Positions 46,555 through 56,237 of a stretch of DNA of 64,000 bases are shown piece after piece. The DNA is from a virus. Its lineage: Duplodnaviria > Caudoviricetes. Below the pieces are notes generated by a model that saw nothing but the letters and a program-made list of their open reading frames with translations, was not told the DNA's origin and made no database searches. The stretch is taken from IMG/VR virus record IMGVR_UViG_3300032303_002590; one strand, written 5' to 3'. The translations under genes were made by a program, and so were the position numbers. The stretch's first letter is position 1. Each line of letters begins with the position of its first letter.

Positions 46555-47871
46555 ATGAGTAAAAAAATTGTAATTGTAGGTGCTGGTGTAGCAGGTATTA
46601 ATGCTGCAACTAAACTAGTAGATAACAACTATAAAGGTAAAATTACCATTATTGACATGGGTAAAGACCCACATAAAAGATTACCAAGTGAAGTAATGAC
46701 AGGAATGTTAGGAGCAGGAGGATGGTCTGATGGTAAATTAACTTATCATACTGCTATTGGTGGTCAATTAAAAAAATACTGTGGTGAAGAAAAAGCTATG
46801 GAGTTAATGGATCAAGTCATAACTAACTTTAAACGTTTTCATCCTAAACCTGAAGAAGTACAATGTTCAAATCCTGTTGCTGAACCTGACTTTATTAAAC
46901 CCCAATTTGGTTTACGTTTATTTCCTGTATGGCATGTAGGAACTGATTATCTATTAGAAATTGCTAAAAATTGGTATAAGTATTTAGTTGATAATGGTGT
47001 TGAATTTATGTGGGAAACTAAAGTATCTAATATTGATTTTAAAAAACAATTAGTTGATTTTCACCAAAATGATCTTAGATATACAGGTATGTATCATTAT
47101 GATGAACTCATATTTGGTGTAGGTAAATCAGGTATTGACTTTGGTAAAAAATTAGCTGAAAAATATAATCTACCAACTGAACCTAAATCAGTACAAATAG
47201 GTGTCCGTTTTGAAGCACCACAACATCACTTTCAAAAATTAATTGATGTATCTTATGACTTTAAGTTATATAGAAAATTTGATGATAAAGGAGTATCACT
47301 ACGTTCATTCTGTACTAATAATAATGCTGCTTATGTCGCTGTAGAAGAAACATACGGAAACTCTACTTACAACGGTCACGCTAAAAAAGACGAACGTTAT
47401 AGAAATGATATGACTAACTTTGGTATTATAATGGAGTTAAATGGTATTGAAGATCCATTTACTTGGAGTAGAGATGTTGTAAAACAACTTCAATCAATTG
47501 ATGATAAAGGTTTATATTACTCACCTTCAAGAAAACCATCATTAACTTCAGAAGGAGAACAAGTAGAAACTTTCCAAGTATCAGATGCCGATATGATTAG
47601 TGTAAGAAAAACATTTCAAGGTTACTTTAGATACATTGATGATTTTATTGATGATATGAAAAAAGTATTTCCTACATTAAAGGACGACTGGGGGATCTAT
47701 ATACCCGAGTGCAAATATCTTTCCCCAGAACCTCTTACAAATTATGAGGATTTATCCTTAACCAAATATCCCAATGTTCATTTTGTAGGGGATGCTTTAA
47801 GTGCAAGAGGAATCAGCGTTTCTGGAGGGCAGGGTATATATGTGGCTGAAAGTCTTTTAAAGAGAAATTAA
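46555..47871 (+). CDS. FAD-dependent oxidoreductase (uncharacterised dehydrogenase family)
   Basis: IVGAGVAG; GAGGWSDGKL; GVRFE; RSFC; VGD...GI. Confidence 0.9.
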   Translation: MSKKIVIVGAGVAGINAATKLVDNNYKGKITIIDMGKDPHKRLPSEVMTGMLGAGGWSDGKLTYHTAIGGQLKKYCGEEKAMELMDQVITNFKRFHPKPEEVQCSNPVAEPDFIKPQFGLRLFPVWHVGTDYLLEIAKNWYKYLVDNGVEFMWETKVSNIDFKKQLVDFHQNDLRYTGMYHYDELIFGVGKSGIDFGKKLAEKYNLPTEPKSVQIGVRFEAPQHHFQKLIDVSYDFKLYRKFDDKGVSLRSFCTNNNAAYVAVEETYGNSTYNGHAKKDERYRNDMTNFGIIMELNGIEDPFTWSRDVVKQLQSIDDKGLYYSPSRKPSLTSEGEQVETFQVSDADMISVRKTFQGYFRYIDDFIDDMKKVFPTLKDDWGIYIPECKYLSPEPLTNYEDLSLTKYPNVHFVGDALSARGISVSGGQGIYVAESLLKRN

Positions 47872-47912
47872 TTTTAATGTCTGGGACGTATATTTATAAT
47901 AAAATATAACAT

Positions 47913-48563
47913 ATGCGTCCTTACATTTACTTAGTTAAAAATCAATATAATATTATAGTTTATATTGGTCAACAAATAGGAACTAAATCCTTATTAGAAT
48001 ATAAAGGGTCTGGTTTATTATTAAATAGAGCCTATAAAAAATATGGAGAAGATAAATTTACAAGAGAAATAATTGAATATTGTGATATTGATGAATTAAA
48101 TAGTAATGAAAAATTCTATATAAAATATTATAATACTAAATTTCCTCATGGTTATAATTTAACTGACGGTGGAGATGGGAATAAAGGTTTAAAATTTACT
48201 AAAGAGCAAAAGCAAAAAATTAGTCAAAATAAAAAGGGACACGAATGTTATTCTAACCCTGAAAGGGGAGAAAAAATAAGACAATCTAAATTAGGCAAAA
48301 CCCACACACAAGAAACTAAAGATAAGATTATTAAAACCAAAGCCTCTAAACATAACATAACCCCAGACCTAAATTTAAAAGGGCAATATAAAAGTAACTC
48401 ACAAAAATCTATAAAACAATACAATTTAGAAAATCAGTTAATTAATGAATATCAATCAGCCCAAGAAGCAGGAAGATGTTTAGGGAAATCAGGAAATCAA
48501 ATAGCAGATTGCGCCTCAGGTAGACAAAAAACAGCTTACGGATTCACTTGGAAATACAAATAA
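47913..48563 (+). CDS. free-standing GIY-YIG homing endonuclease with NUMOD3/NUMOD1-type DNA-binding modules
   Basis: YIY...YIGQ...YKGSG...GYNLTDGG; HTQETKDKI; SAQEAGR...TAYGFTW. Confidence 0.88.
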   Translation: MRPYIYLVKNQYNIIVYIGQQIGTKSLLEYKGSGLLLNRAYKKYGEDKFTREIIEYCDIDELNSNEKFYIKYYNTKFPHGYNLTDGGDGNKGLKFTKEQKQKISQNKKGHECYSNPERGEKIRQSKLGKTHTQETKDKIIKTKASKHNITPDLNLKGQYKSNSQKSIKQYNLENQLINEYQSAQEAGRCLGKSGNQIADCASGRQKTAYGFTWKYK

Positions 48564-48582
48564 TTTTTATTATATTAGACAC

Positions 48583-48825
48583 ATGGAAGAACAAGATTAT
48601 AAATCAAGAACACTAACCACTGAAGATGGTAGAACTATCATTTATTTTGATGGTAAACTACATTCATGGGATGGACCAGCATTAAGATATGCTAAGGAAT
48701 TAAAGAAAAAAGATGAATATTATTTATATGGGTTTCAGTACACTAAAGAAGAATGGTTAGAAGCACGTAGAGATAGACATGGAGTACCACCAGATAAAAA
48801 TCCACAAGTAACATCAAGATTTTAA
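48583..48825 (+). CDS. small protein with LH..DGPA motif
   Basis: GKLHSWDGPAL...EYYLYG; preceded by TTGG-N19-TATATT. Confidence 0.75.
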   Translation: MEEQDYKSRTLTTEDGRTIIYFDGKLHSWDGPALRYAKELKKKDEYYLYGFQYTKEEWLEARRDRHGVPPDKNPQVTSRF

Positions 48826-48855
48826 TATTTATTATTATAACCAAAAAATTAAAAA

Positions 48856-49194
48856 ATGGAAAACACATTTAATTTAAAATCATTCCTTGCTGAAGGGAAA
48901 TTACTAAAAGAAGAAATTCAAAACCTAGAACCTAAAATTCAAGCCTTTAAAAATTATGCAGAACCTAAAGTAGAAGACTTTAGAGACTTTTTACTATTTC
49001 TTGCTGAAGGTATGGGACATCACCAAGATTTTACTAAATATTCTGATATTGACTTAATCAAAATGGCTATTGAATTTGATGAGGAAGAATCAGGAAATGA
49101 CTGGTTAGAAGATAACTATGGAATTGATGTGTTAGATGGAGAGATAGCTTCATATAATGATGAAATAGAAACTTCTGGTAAAAGAGAAAGATAA
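48856..49194 (+). CDS. leader-bearing acidic protein
   Basis: Leader MENTFNLKSFLAEGKLLKEE is almost identical to that of 34873. Confidence 0.8.
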   Translation: MENTFNLKSFLAEGKLLKEEIQNLEPKIQAFKNYAEPKVEDFRDFLLFLAEGMGHHQDFTKYSDIDLIKMAIEFDEEESGNDWLEDNYGIDVLDGEIASYNDEIETSGKRER

Positions 49195-49216
49195 TTTCAA
49201 CTTACACACAAACTAA

Positions 49217-49248
49217 TTTGGCTCCTTAAAGGAGCCTTATTACATTAT
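49217..49248 (+). promoter_or_regulatory. hairpin fused to host-type promoter
   Basis: GGCTCCT-taa-AGGAGCC within TTGG-N19-TACATT. Confidence 0.6.
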
Positions 49249-49274
49249 ATAAATAAAACTAATAAAAACAAGTT

Positions 49275-49805
49275 ATGAAAATCGGATTAACAGGAACCAT
49301 GTCATGTGGCAAAACTACTTTAGTTAATGCTTTAAAAGAGCTACCACAATTTAAAGATTATCACTTTGCTACTGAACGTAGTAAATATTTAAGAGATTTA
49401 GGTATTCCATTAAATACTGATTCTACATTAAAAGGTCAAACTGTATTTTTAGCAGAACGTTGTGCTGAATTAATACATGAAAATTTAATTACTGATAGAA
49501 CAGTTATTGATGTAATGGCTTTTACACAAGCTGCTAAATCAATTAATTCGACTGATAAAATTTCATATGAAGAATATGCTCGTAATTTTATTGGAGAATA
49601 CGATTATATTTTTTATGTTTCTCCTGATGGAGTAGAAATAGAAGATAATGGAGTAAGAGAAACTAATTCAGAATACAGAGATCAAATTGACTTTATTATT
49701 AGAGATACTCTTAAATCCTATAATCATAGATTAAAGTGTTATACACCTATAAAAGGTAATACTAAACAACGTATTAAACAAATATTAGAAACCATTTCTT
49801 TGTAA
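49275..49805 (+). CDS. nucleoside/nucleotide kinase (NadR-like AAA_28)
   Basis: GTMSCGKTT; TDRTVID; YDYIF; EDNGVR. Confidence 0.85.
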   Translation: MKIGLTGTMSCGKTTLVNALKELPQFKDYHFATERSKYLRDLGIPLNTDSTLKGQTVFLAERCAELIHENLITDRTVIDVMAFTQAAKSINSTDKISYEEYARNFIGEYDYIFYVSPDGVEIEDNGVRETNSEYRDQIDFIIRDTLKSYNHRLKCYTPIKGNTKQRIKQILETISL

Positions 49806-49842
49806 TATTTATATCAAAACACTAATCTAAAAAATATTAAAC

Positions 49843-50805
49843 ATGAACATTAACGATAATTTTGATTTACGTAAACATAGAGATGCTTTATTAGCTGAAT
49901 CAACAATTAATGAAAGATTTGCTGACAAAATATATGATGTAAATCCTTTAACAGGTGAAAAAGAAAGAGTAATCTACGAAAATGATTTTGAAGTATCTAG
50001 AATGGGTATCTTTGATGATATTGATGGAGATTTAGAATATGAAGATGATAGAATAGGATACTTAGACGCTATTATCAAATATTGTACTAAACAAATGGAA
50101 GATATAGGTAATGATAATGGTGGGTTAGATGATATTGATTCTTCGGATGAAGAAGTTCCTCTAGAAGAAATGGCTAAATTAACTGGTGCTGGAGGTGTTT
50201 TTACAACTTTAGGAAAAAGAGCAGCTGATATTATCCAAAATAACCCGGAATTAGAAAAATCAGCTCTATTAAAAGCTTTAAATTCAGATCCTGAAATTGC
50301 TCAAATTTTAGATGCTAGTGAAGAAGAATTACATCAAAACCAAACAAATAAATTTGCTGCTTTAGTTCGTGGTTCAAGAGAATTAGGACAAAGAGGTAGA
50401 AAAGCAGATCCAAATAAACCAGCTGCTGAACCAAAAGCAAAAGTAGAAAAACCAACTTCACAAAAATTAAAAATAACTAACCCAAAAGCTAACGAAAAAC
50501 CTGTTTCTACAGTATTTGGTGGTGAAGAAAATGATGCCGAAGATATTGCTGATGAAATGGCTGCAACAAGAGCTGCTAAGGGTAATAAAAGATTAGGTAC
50601 GGCTGCTGAAAAATTAGCTCAAGTAACTAAAGAAATGAAAGCTTTAGTTCCTGCTTATCAAGCTGCTAAAGGTACTCCTAAAGAAGCTGCTATTGTAGCT
50701 CAATTAAAAGCTTTAACTGCTGAGAAAAAATCATTAGAAGCTAAAGTATACAAAGAACCAAAAGCATTAAGTGCTGCTGATTTGATGGGTGGAGAAGAAA
50801 TATAA
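49843..50805 (+). CDS. leader-bearing late protein (acidic N-half, basic C-half)
   Basis: NFDLRK...LLAE..INE; internal PLEEMA. Confidence 0.75.
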   Translation: MNINDNFDLRKHRDALLAESTINERFADKIYDVNPLTGEKERVIYENDFEVSRMGIFDDIDGDLEYEDDRIGYLDAIIKYCTKQMEDIGNDNGGLDDIDSSDEEVPLEEMAKLTGAGGVFTTLGKRAADIIQNNPELEKSALLKALNSDPEIAQILDASEEELHQNQTNKFAALVRGSRELGQRGRKADPNKPAAEPKAKVEKPTSQKLKITNPKANEKPVSTVFGGEENDAEDIADEMAATRAAKGNKRLGTAAEKLAQVTKEMKALVPAYQAAKGTPKEAAIVAQLKALTAEKKSLEAKVYKEPKALSAADLMGGEEI

Positions 50806-50830
50806 TTAAAAAAATTAATAAATTTAAATT

Positions 50831-50858
50831 AGCCTAACTTAAAATGTTAGGCTTTTAT
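50831..50858 (+). terminator. intrinsic terminator
   Basis: AGCCTAAC...GTTAGGCT-TTT. Confidence 0.75.
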
Positions 50859-50890
50859 CTCCTTTATATATTTATATAGAAACATATTAT

Positions 50891-52492
50891 ATGAGTGAGC
50901 AACAAGCTATGCCATTAAAGGAAATGATAAAACAGGAATGGGTAAGATGTGCTCAAGATCCTGTGTACTTCATGAAAAAATATTACTGGATTCAACACCC
51001 ACAAAGAGGTAGAATCCAATTTAACCTTTTCCCATTCCAAGAAAAGGTATTACACCAATTACAAAAGAACGAGTATACAATTATCAATAAATCTCGTCAG
51101 TTAGGTATATCAACACTAGCTTCAGCTTATGCTTTATGGTTAATGTTATTTAATAAAGATAAAAACGTACTGTGTATTGCAACTAAGCAGGAAACTGCTA
51201 AAAACATGGTAACTAAAGTACGTTTTGGATACGATAACTTACCTAAATGGTTAAAAACAAGTGATAAACCATCAGAGAATAATAAGTTATCACTTAAATT
51301 AACTAACGGATCACAGATTAAAGCAGTTGGTGCTACAGCGGATGCTGGTCGTTCAGAAGCCGTTTCTTTTCTTATTATTGATGAGGCTGCTTTTATTGAA
51401 GGTATTGATGAGATTTTTGCTTCAGCACAACAAACCTTAGCTACTGGAGGGCAATGTTTAGCATTATCTACACCTTATGGTACAGGTAACTGGTTTCACA
51501 AATCCTTTACTAAAGCACAAGCTAGAGAAAATAAATTTGTTCCATTATCTTTACCTTGGACCGTTCACCCTGAACGAGATCAAGTATGGAGAGATGCTCA
51601 AGATGAAATCTTAGGACTAAGACACGCATCACAAGAGTGTGACTGTAATTTCAGTACATCAGGGGATACTGTTATTGAACCAGATTTACTTAACTTTTAT
51701 GAATCTACCTTCATTTCAGAACCAATGGAAAGAAGAGGAGCAGGAGGAGATTTATGGATTTGGGAATTACCTGATTATTCAAAATCATATATGGTAATAG
51801 CCGACGTTGCTAGAGGAGATGCTACGGATTACTCAGCGTTTCATGTTTTTGATGTAGCTGAAGCCAAACAAGTAGCTGAATTTAAATCCCAAGTACAAAC
51901 AAAAGATTACGCTAATATATTATTTTCAATTGCAACTGAATATAATGATGCTTTATTAGTAGTAGAAAATGCTAATATTGGATGGAGTGTAATAGAAACT
52001 TTAATAGACAGAGGTTATAGAAATTTATACTATTCCTCAAAAGCCGATACCACAATGGGTGCTAATGAAAATCAATTAGCAAGAATGGAAAACGGTCAAG
52101 GTATGATACCAGGTTTTACAACTTCAATGAAAACAAGACCACTTTGTATTTCAAAATTAGTTTCCTATATACAAGAAAGATCAGTTATTTTTCAATCTAA
52201 AAGACTAATGGATGAATTGAGAGTATTCGTTTGGAAGAACGGAAAAGCTCAGTCCCAATCAGGTTACAACGATGACTTGGTAATGGCGTTTTCCATTGGT
52301 TTATTCCTGAGAGACACCGCATTACGCTTCAGACAACAAGGTATAGAATTAACTAGAGCAACTTTAGGAAGTTTCCATACTAGTACACAACAAGCACCTG
52401 GTATTTTTTCTTATAACTCTCAAGTTGATAATCCATATCAAATGAAAGACAGTATGGGGAATACCGAAGACTTAAATTGGCTTCTTGGTTAA
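50891..52492 (+). CDS. terL: terminase large subunit (gp17-like)
   Basis: KSRQLGIST; LIIDEAAF; STP.G; ADVARG...D.S; DDLVMA. Confidence 0.97.
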   Translation: MSEQQAMPLKEMIKQEWVRCAQDPVYFMKKYYWIQHPQRGRIQFNLFPFQEKVLHQLQKNEYTIINKSRQLGISTLASAYALWLMLFNKDKNVLCIATKQETAKNMVTKVRFGYDNLPKWLKTSDKPSENNKLSLKLTNGSQIKAVGATADAGRSEAVSFLIIDEAAFIEGIDEIFASAQQTLATGGQCLALSTPYGTGNWFHKSFTKAQARENKFVPLSLPWTVHPERDQVWRDAQDEILGLRHASQECDCNFSTSGDTVIEPDLLNFYESTFISEPMERRGAGGDLWIWELPDYSKSYMVIADVARGDATDYSAFHVFDVAEAKQVAEFKSQVQTKDYANILFSIATEYNDALLVVENANIGWSVIETLIDRGYRNLYYSSKADTTMGANENQLARMENGQGMIPGFTTSMKTRPLCISKLVSYIQERSVIFQSKRLMDELRVFVWKNGKAQSQSGYNDDLVMAFSIGLFLRDTALRFRQQGIELTRATLGSFHTSTQQAPGIFSYNSQVDNPYQMKDSMGNTEDLNWLLG

Positions 52493-52525
52493 AAAACAAA
52501 TATTTATAATATATAATAGAATTTT

Positions 52526-54454
52526 ATGGTAGATACTTCATTTTTTGGTAGATTACAACGATTATTTTCAACAGACGTAGTAATAAGAAACGTTGGGGGT
52601 AACCAATTAAAAGTAATGGATACTGATCGTATTCAACAGCTTGGTACTATCCAAACAAACTCACTTTTTGACAGATACAATAAGGTTTATACTACAACAG
52701 GTGGTTTAAACTTCAACTTTAATAGCGATTTAACATATCCAACTACTCGTATCCAGTTGTATACTGATTATGAAATGATGGATAGTGATTCTATTATTGC
52801 TTCTACATTAGATGTATTAGCTGATGAGACTTGTTTAAGAAATGATATGGGAGAAGTATTACAAATACGTTCTTCTGATGAAACTGTTCAAAAGATATTA
52901 TATAACTTATTTTACGATATATTAAATATTGAATTTAATCTTTGGTCATGGACTCGTAATATGTGTAAATATGGAGATTTTTATCTAAAATTAGAAATAT
53001 CAGAAAAATTTGGTATTTTTAATGTAATACCATTCTCTTCTTATTCTATTATTAGATTAGAAGGTAGAAACCCAGAAAAACCACAAGAAGTAAAATTTAG
53101 ATACGATCCTACCTTTACATCACAACAATCACCTAACGGACCTACAGTAATGTCTTCATATACTCGTAATAATAGTGAAGCTATTGTATTTGATAATTAT
53201 GAAATGGCTCACTTCAGATTATTATCTGATTTTAACTATTTACCTTATGGTAGATCATATATTGAACCTGCTCGTAAAGTATTTAAACAATTAATGTTAC
53301 TAGAAGATGCGATGCTTATACATCGTATTGTTAGAGCACCTGAAAAACGTACTTTCTTTATTAATGTTGGTAATATTCCACCAAACGAGGTAGAAAACTA
53401 TATGCAGAAAACCATCAATAAGATGAAAAAAACTCCATATATGGATCCTCAAACAGGTGAGTATAACTTAAAATTTAATATGCAAAACATATTAGAAGAT
53501 TTCTATATACCAGTTAGAGGAGGAGATACAACAACTAAAATTGAAACTACAAAAGGTTTAGATTATACTGCAATTGAGGATGTTGAATACTTAAAAAATA
53601 AATTATTTGCTGCCTTAAAAATACCAAAAGCATATTTAGGATATGAAAGTGATTTAACAGGTAAAGCAACTCTTGCAGCAGAAGATATTCGTTTTGCTCG
53701 TACAGTAGAAAGATTACAAAAAATACTAATCTCAGAATTAACAAAAATTGCTTTAGTTCACTTATATTCACAAGGATATGATGGAGAAGCATTAACTAAT
53801 TTTGAATTATCATTAACTGTTCCATCTATCATATACGAACAGGAAAAAATTGCTTTATTAAAAGAAAAATCTGCATTAGCTACTGAGTTAATACAAAATA
53901 AAATTGTTCCAACTGATTGGGTTTATGATCATATATTTAACTTTAGTGAAAACGAATACGATGAGTATAGAGATCTAATTATAGAAGATGCTAAACGTAA
54001 ATTTAGAATTGATCAAATTGAAACTGAAGGAAATGATCCATCTAAAACAGGTGAAGCATATGGTACACCACACTCATTAGCATCACTTTATGGTTCAGGT
54101 AGATATCCAGGTACTAATGGTGTGCCAAAAGGATATGATGAAGATGGTGATACTTACCCTGATCAAATTTTAGGTAGACCAAAAGAAAAAGCATCAAATA
54201 TTAATACACAAGAAAATCCATTTGGTAAAGATAGATTAGGTAGAGATGGTATGAAGAATGGAGATAATGAAGCTAAAGGATTTAGAACTGCATATAAAGG
54301 TGGGTCTCCATTAGCATTAGAAAATGCAAGTACACAAGCAGTGTATCATCAAATCTCAAGTAATTTAAAAAATATGTTCCCACAACGTAAAGTAAGTTTA
54401 TTTGAAGAAAGTGACTTATTAAATGAGAATAACCTTCTAAAAGAAGACAAATAA
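52526..54454 (+). CDS. portal protein (gp20-like) with C-terminal extension
   Basis: LEDAMLIHRIVRAPEKRTFFINVGN; LEDFYIP.RG; LF.ALKIP. Confidence 0.95.
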   Translation: MVDTSFFGRLQRLFSTDVVIRNVGGNQLKVMDTDRIQQLGTIQTNSLFDRYNKVYTTTGGLNFNFNSDLTYPTTRIQLYTDYEMMDSDSIIASTLDVLADETCLRNDMGEVLQIRSSDETVQKILYNLFYDILNIEFNLWSWTRNMCKYGDFYLKLEISEKFGIFNVIPFSSYSIIRLEGRNPEKPQEVKFRYDPTFTSQQSPNGPTVMSSYTRNNSEAIVFDNYEMAHFRLLSDFNYLPYGRSYIEPARKVFKQLMLLEDAMLIHRIVRAPEKRTFFINVGNIPPNEVENYMQKTINKMKKTPYMDPQTGEYNLKFNMQNILEDFYIPVRGGDTTTKIETTKGLDYTAIEDVEYLKNKLFAALKIPKAYLGYESDLTGKATLAAEDIRFARTVERLQKILISELTKIALVHLYSQGYDGEALTNFELSLTVPSIIYEQEKIALLKEKSALATELIQNKIVPTDWVYDHIFNFSENEYDEYRDLIIEDAKRKFRIDQIETEGNDPSKTGEAYGTPHSLASLYGSGRYPGTNGVPKGYDEDGDTYPDQILGRPKEKASNINTQENPFGKDRLGRDGMKNGDNEAKGFRTAYKGGSPLALENASTQAVYHQISSNLKNMFPQRKVSLFEESDLLNENNLLKEDK

Positions 54455-54495
54455 AATCAATATTTATAATTAGTAGTTAAATATATTTTGAATAA

Positions 54496-55356
54496 ATGGC
54501 TAATATAAAGCACAACAAATATAAAAATACTGGGATCCTATTTGAATTACTTGTAAGAAAAATTACAGCTGATACAATGTCCAGTCATGATTCTAAGGCT
54601 GTTTCTTTGATTAAAAAGTATTTTGTGAATACTGAATTATCTAAAGAAAATAAATTGTATCAATCGATATCTAAATCCCAAAGTATTAGTGAAGCTCAAG
54701 CTGATTCAATCCTTTCAACCATCTTAGAAGTAAACAAAACTTTAGATAGAACTAAAATATCAAAAGAAAAATATAATTTAATTAAAGAAATTAAATCTAA
54801 TTTTGATATTGATGATTTTTTTAAAGCTAAAATTAATAATTACAAATTATTATCTTCCACTTATACATTATTAGAAGCTAGTTTAGCACCATCTAAATTT
54901 TTAGATGATATTCTTTCTGCTAAAATGAATATTTTAGAGAATATAGCACAAACTAACGCTATAAGTGTTCCACAACCCACAGTAAGTGAGTTTGAAACAT
55001 TAGATAAAGGAACTCGTGCTTTAGTTTATAAAATAATGTTAGAAAAATTCAATGACAGATTTAATACATTATCTGATGATCAGAAAGAAGTATTAAAAGA
55101 GTACATTAATAATATTTCTAACACTACCAATTTAAAAAAATACGTGGATACTAAATTCACATCATTAAAAGAATCTCTTTTAAAACTTTTACCTACAATA
55201 GAGGACGCTACAATTAAAATTAAAGTGAATGAGACAATAAATCTTATTAACCCTATTTTAGAATCTAAAGTTATAAAAGACGATAATATAGTTGCATTAT
55301 TACAATATCAAGAACTACATAGTGAATTAACAAAAATTCATAATGCAAATAGATAA
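54496..55356 (+). CDS. conserved head-region protein
   Basis: Between portal and protease; own late promoter. Confidence 0.75.
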   Translation: MANIKHNKYKNTGILFELLVRKITADTMSSHDSKAVSLIKKYFVNTELSKENKLYQSISKSQSISEAQADSILSTILEVNKTLDRTKISKEKYNLIKEIKSNFDIDDFFKAKINNYKLLSSTYTLLEASLAPSKFLDDILSAKMNILENIAQTNAISVPQPTVSEFETLDKGTRALVYKIMLEKFNDRFNTLSDDQKEVLKEYINNISNTTNLKKYVDTKFTSLKESLLKLLPTIEDATIKIKVNETINLINPILESKVIKDDNIVALLQYQELHSELTKIHNANR

Positions 55357-56077
55357 ATTAAAAGAATTAGTACTAAAACATCTAGCTGAACTTCTTGATG
55401 AAGAATCAGCTTCTGGTGACGCTGGAGGTTATTTAGGAATTAAAGCTTTTAAACCTAAATACGAAGCAGTTAATAAAGTATTTAATCGTAATCCTGCCCG
55501 TCCTAAAACAGCACAAGATACTAATTCACCTGCTGGATTTGAATCAATGCCTGATTCAGCTAAAGTTTATATAAAAGGTGGATTTAAAGTAGTTAAACCT
55601 GAAGAAAGAATTGATGCTAAGGATTTATGGAAAGGACAGCATTTAAATGAAGAAGAAAGAATAGCACATGCTCGTAAACACTCCTTTAAAAAACCTACAA
55701 AACAACATGAAACCTCTAAATCAGGACATGAAGATTTACCAAACCCCGATAAATATTTTGAACTAGTGAAATTTAAAATTGTAGATCCTAAGAAAACTAA
55801 AAAGAAAGAAGAACCACTTAATGAAGTTCGTTATTCTCAATTTAAATCTCAATCTAAAACTCGTACACCTCAAGAGCAATTACATATGGGTGTTAAACAA
55901 ATTCAACATAAATTAGATGAAATTAATAAATTAGTTGAGTTTGCTACTAGAATGAAAACTGAATTAAAAGGTGATGCTGATCAAATGAACTACTTAAAAC
56001 GTACTCATAATGCATTGTTTAAAATAAACGAAAGAATACAAGATATTAATAATAAAATAAAAGGTTTAACTGAATAA
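55343..56077 (+). CDS. probable prohead core/internal protein
   Basis: LLDEE and two LNE sites; head operon. Confidence 0.65.
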   Translation: MQIDKLKELVLKHLAELLDEESASGDAGGYLGIKAFKPKYEAVNKVFNRNPARPKTAQDTNSPAGFESMPDSAKVYIKGGFKVVKPEERIDAKDLWKGQHLNEEERIAHARKHSFKKPTKQHETSKSGHEDLPNPDKYFELVKFKIVDPKKTKKKEEPLNEVRYSQFKSQSKTRTPQEQLHMGVKQIQHKLDEINKLVEFATRMKTELKGDADQMNYLKRTHNALFKINERIQDINNKIKGLTE

Positions 56078-56223
56078 TGGCAGCAAAAGTAAAAGCAGCT
56101 TCATCTACTACTAAAGTAGAAAAAGTTAAGGTAAAAAGACCTGGTGTTCACTCTAAAAGTAAAACATCAAAGTTAAAAAATTCTAAGAATTACAAAAAAC
56201 TATACAGAGGGCAAGGTAAATAA
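56077..56223 (+). CDS. small very basic peptide ending YRGQGK (48 aa, not in track)
   Basis: TAATG-coupled; K/S-rich; C-terminal motif recalled from T4-like phages. Confidence 0.75.
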   Translation: MAAKVKAASSTTKVEKVKVKRPGVHSKSKTSKLKNSKNYKKLYRGQGK

Positions 56224-56237
56224 AAATATTTATACAC

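Noticed and set aside
50891-54454. Inteins or introns in terminase or portal
   Set aside because: Frames are uninterrupted with no splicing motifs. The portal's extra length is a C-terminal tail.
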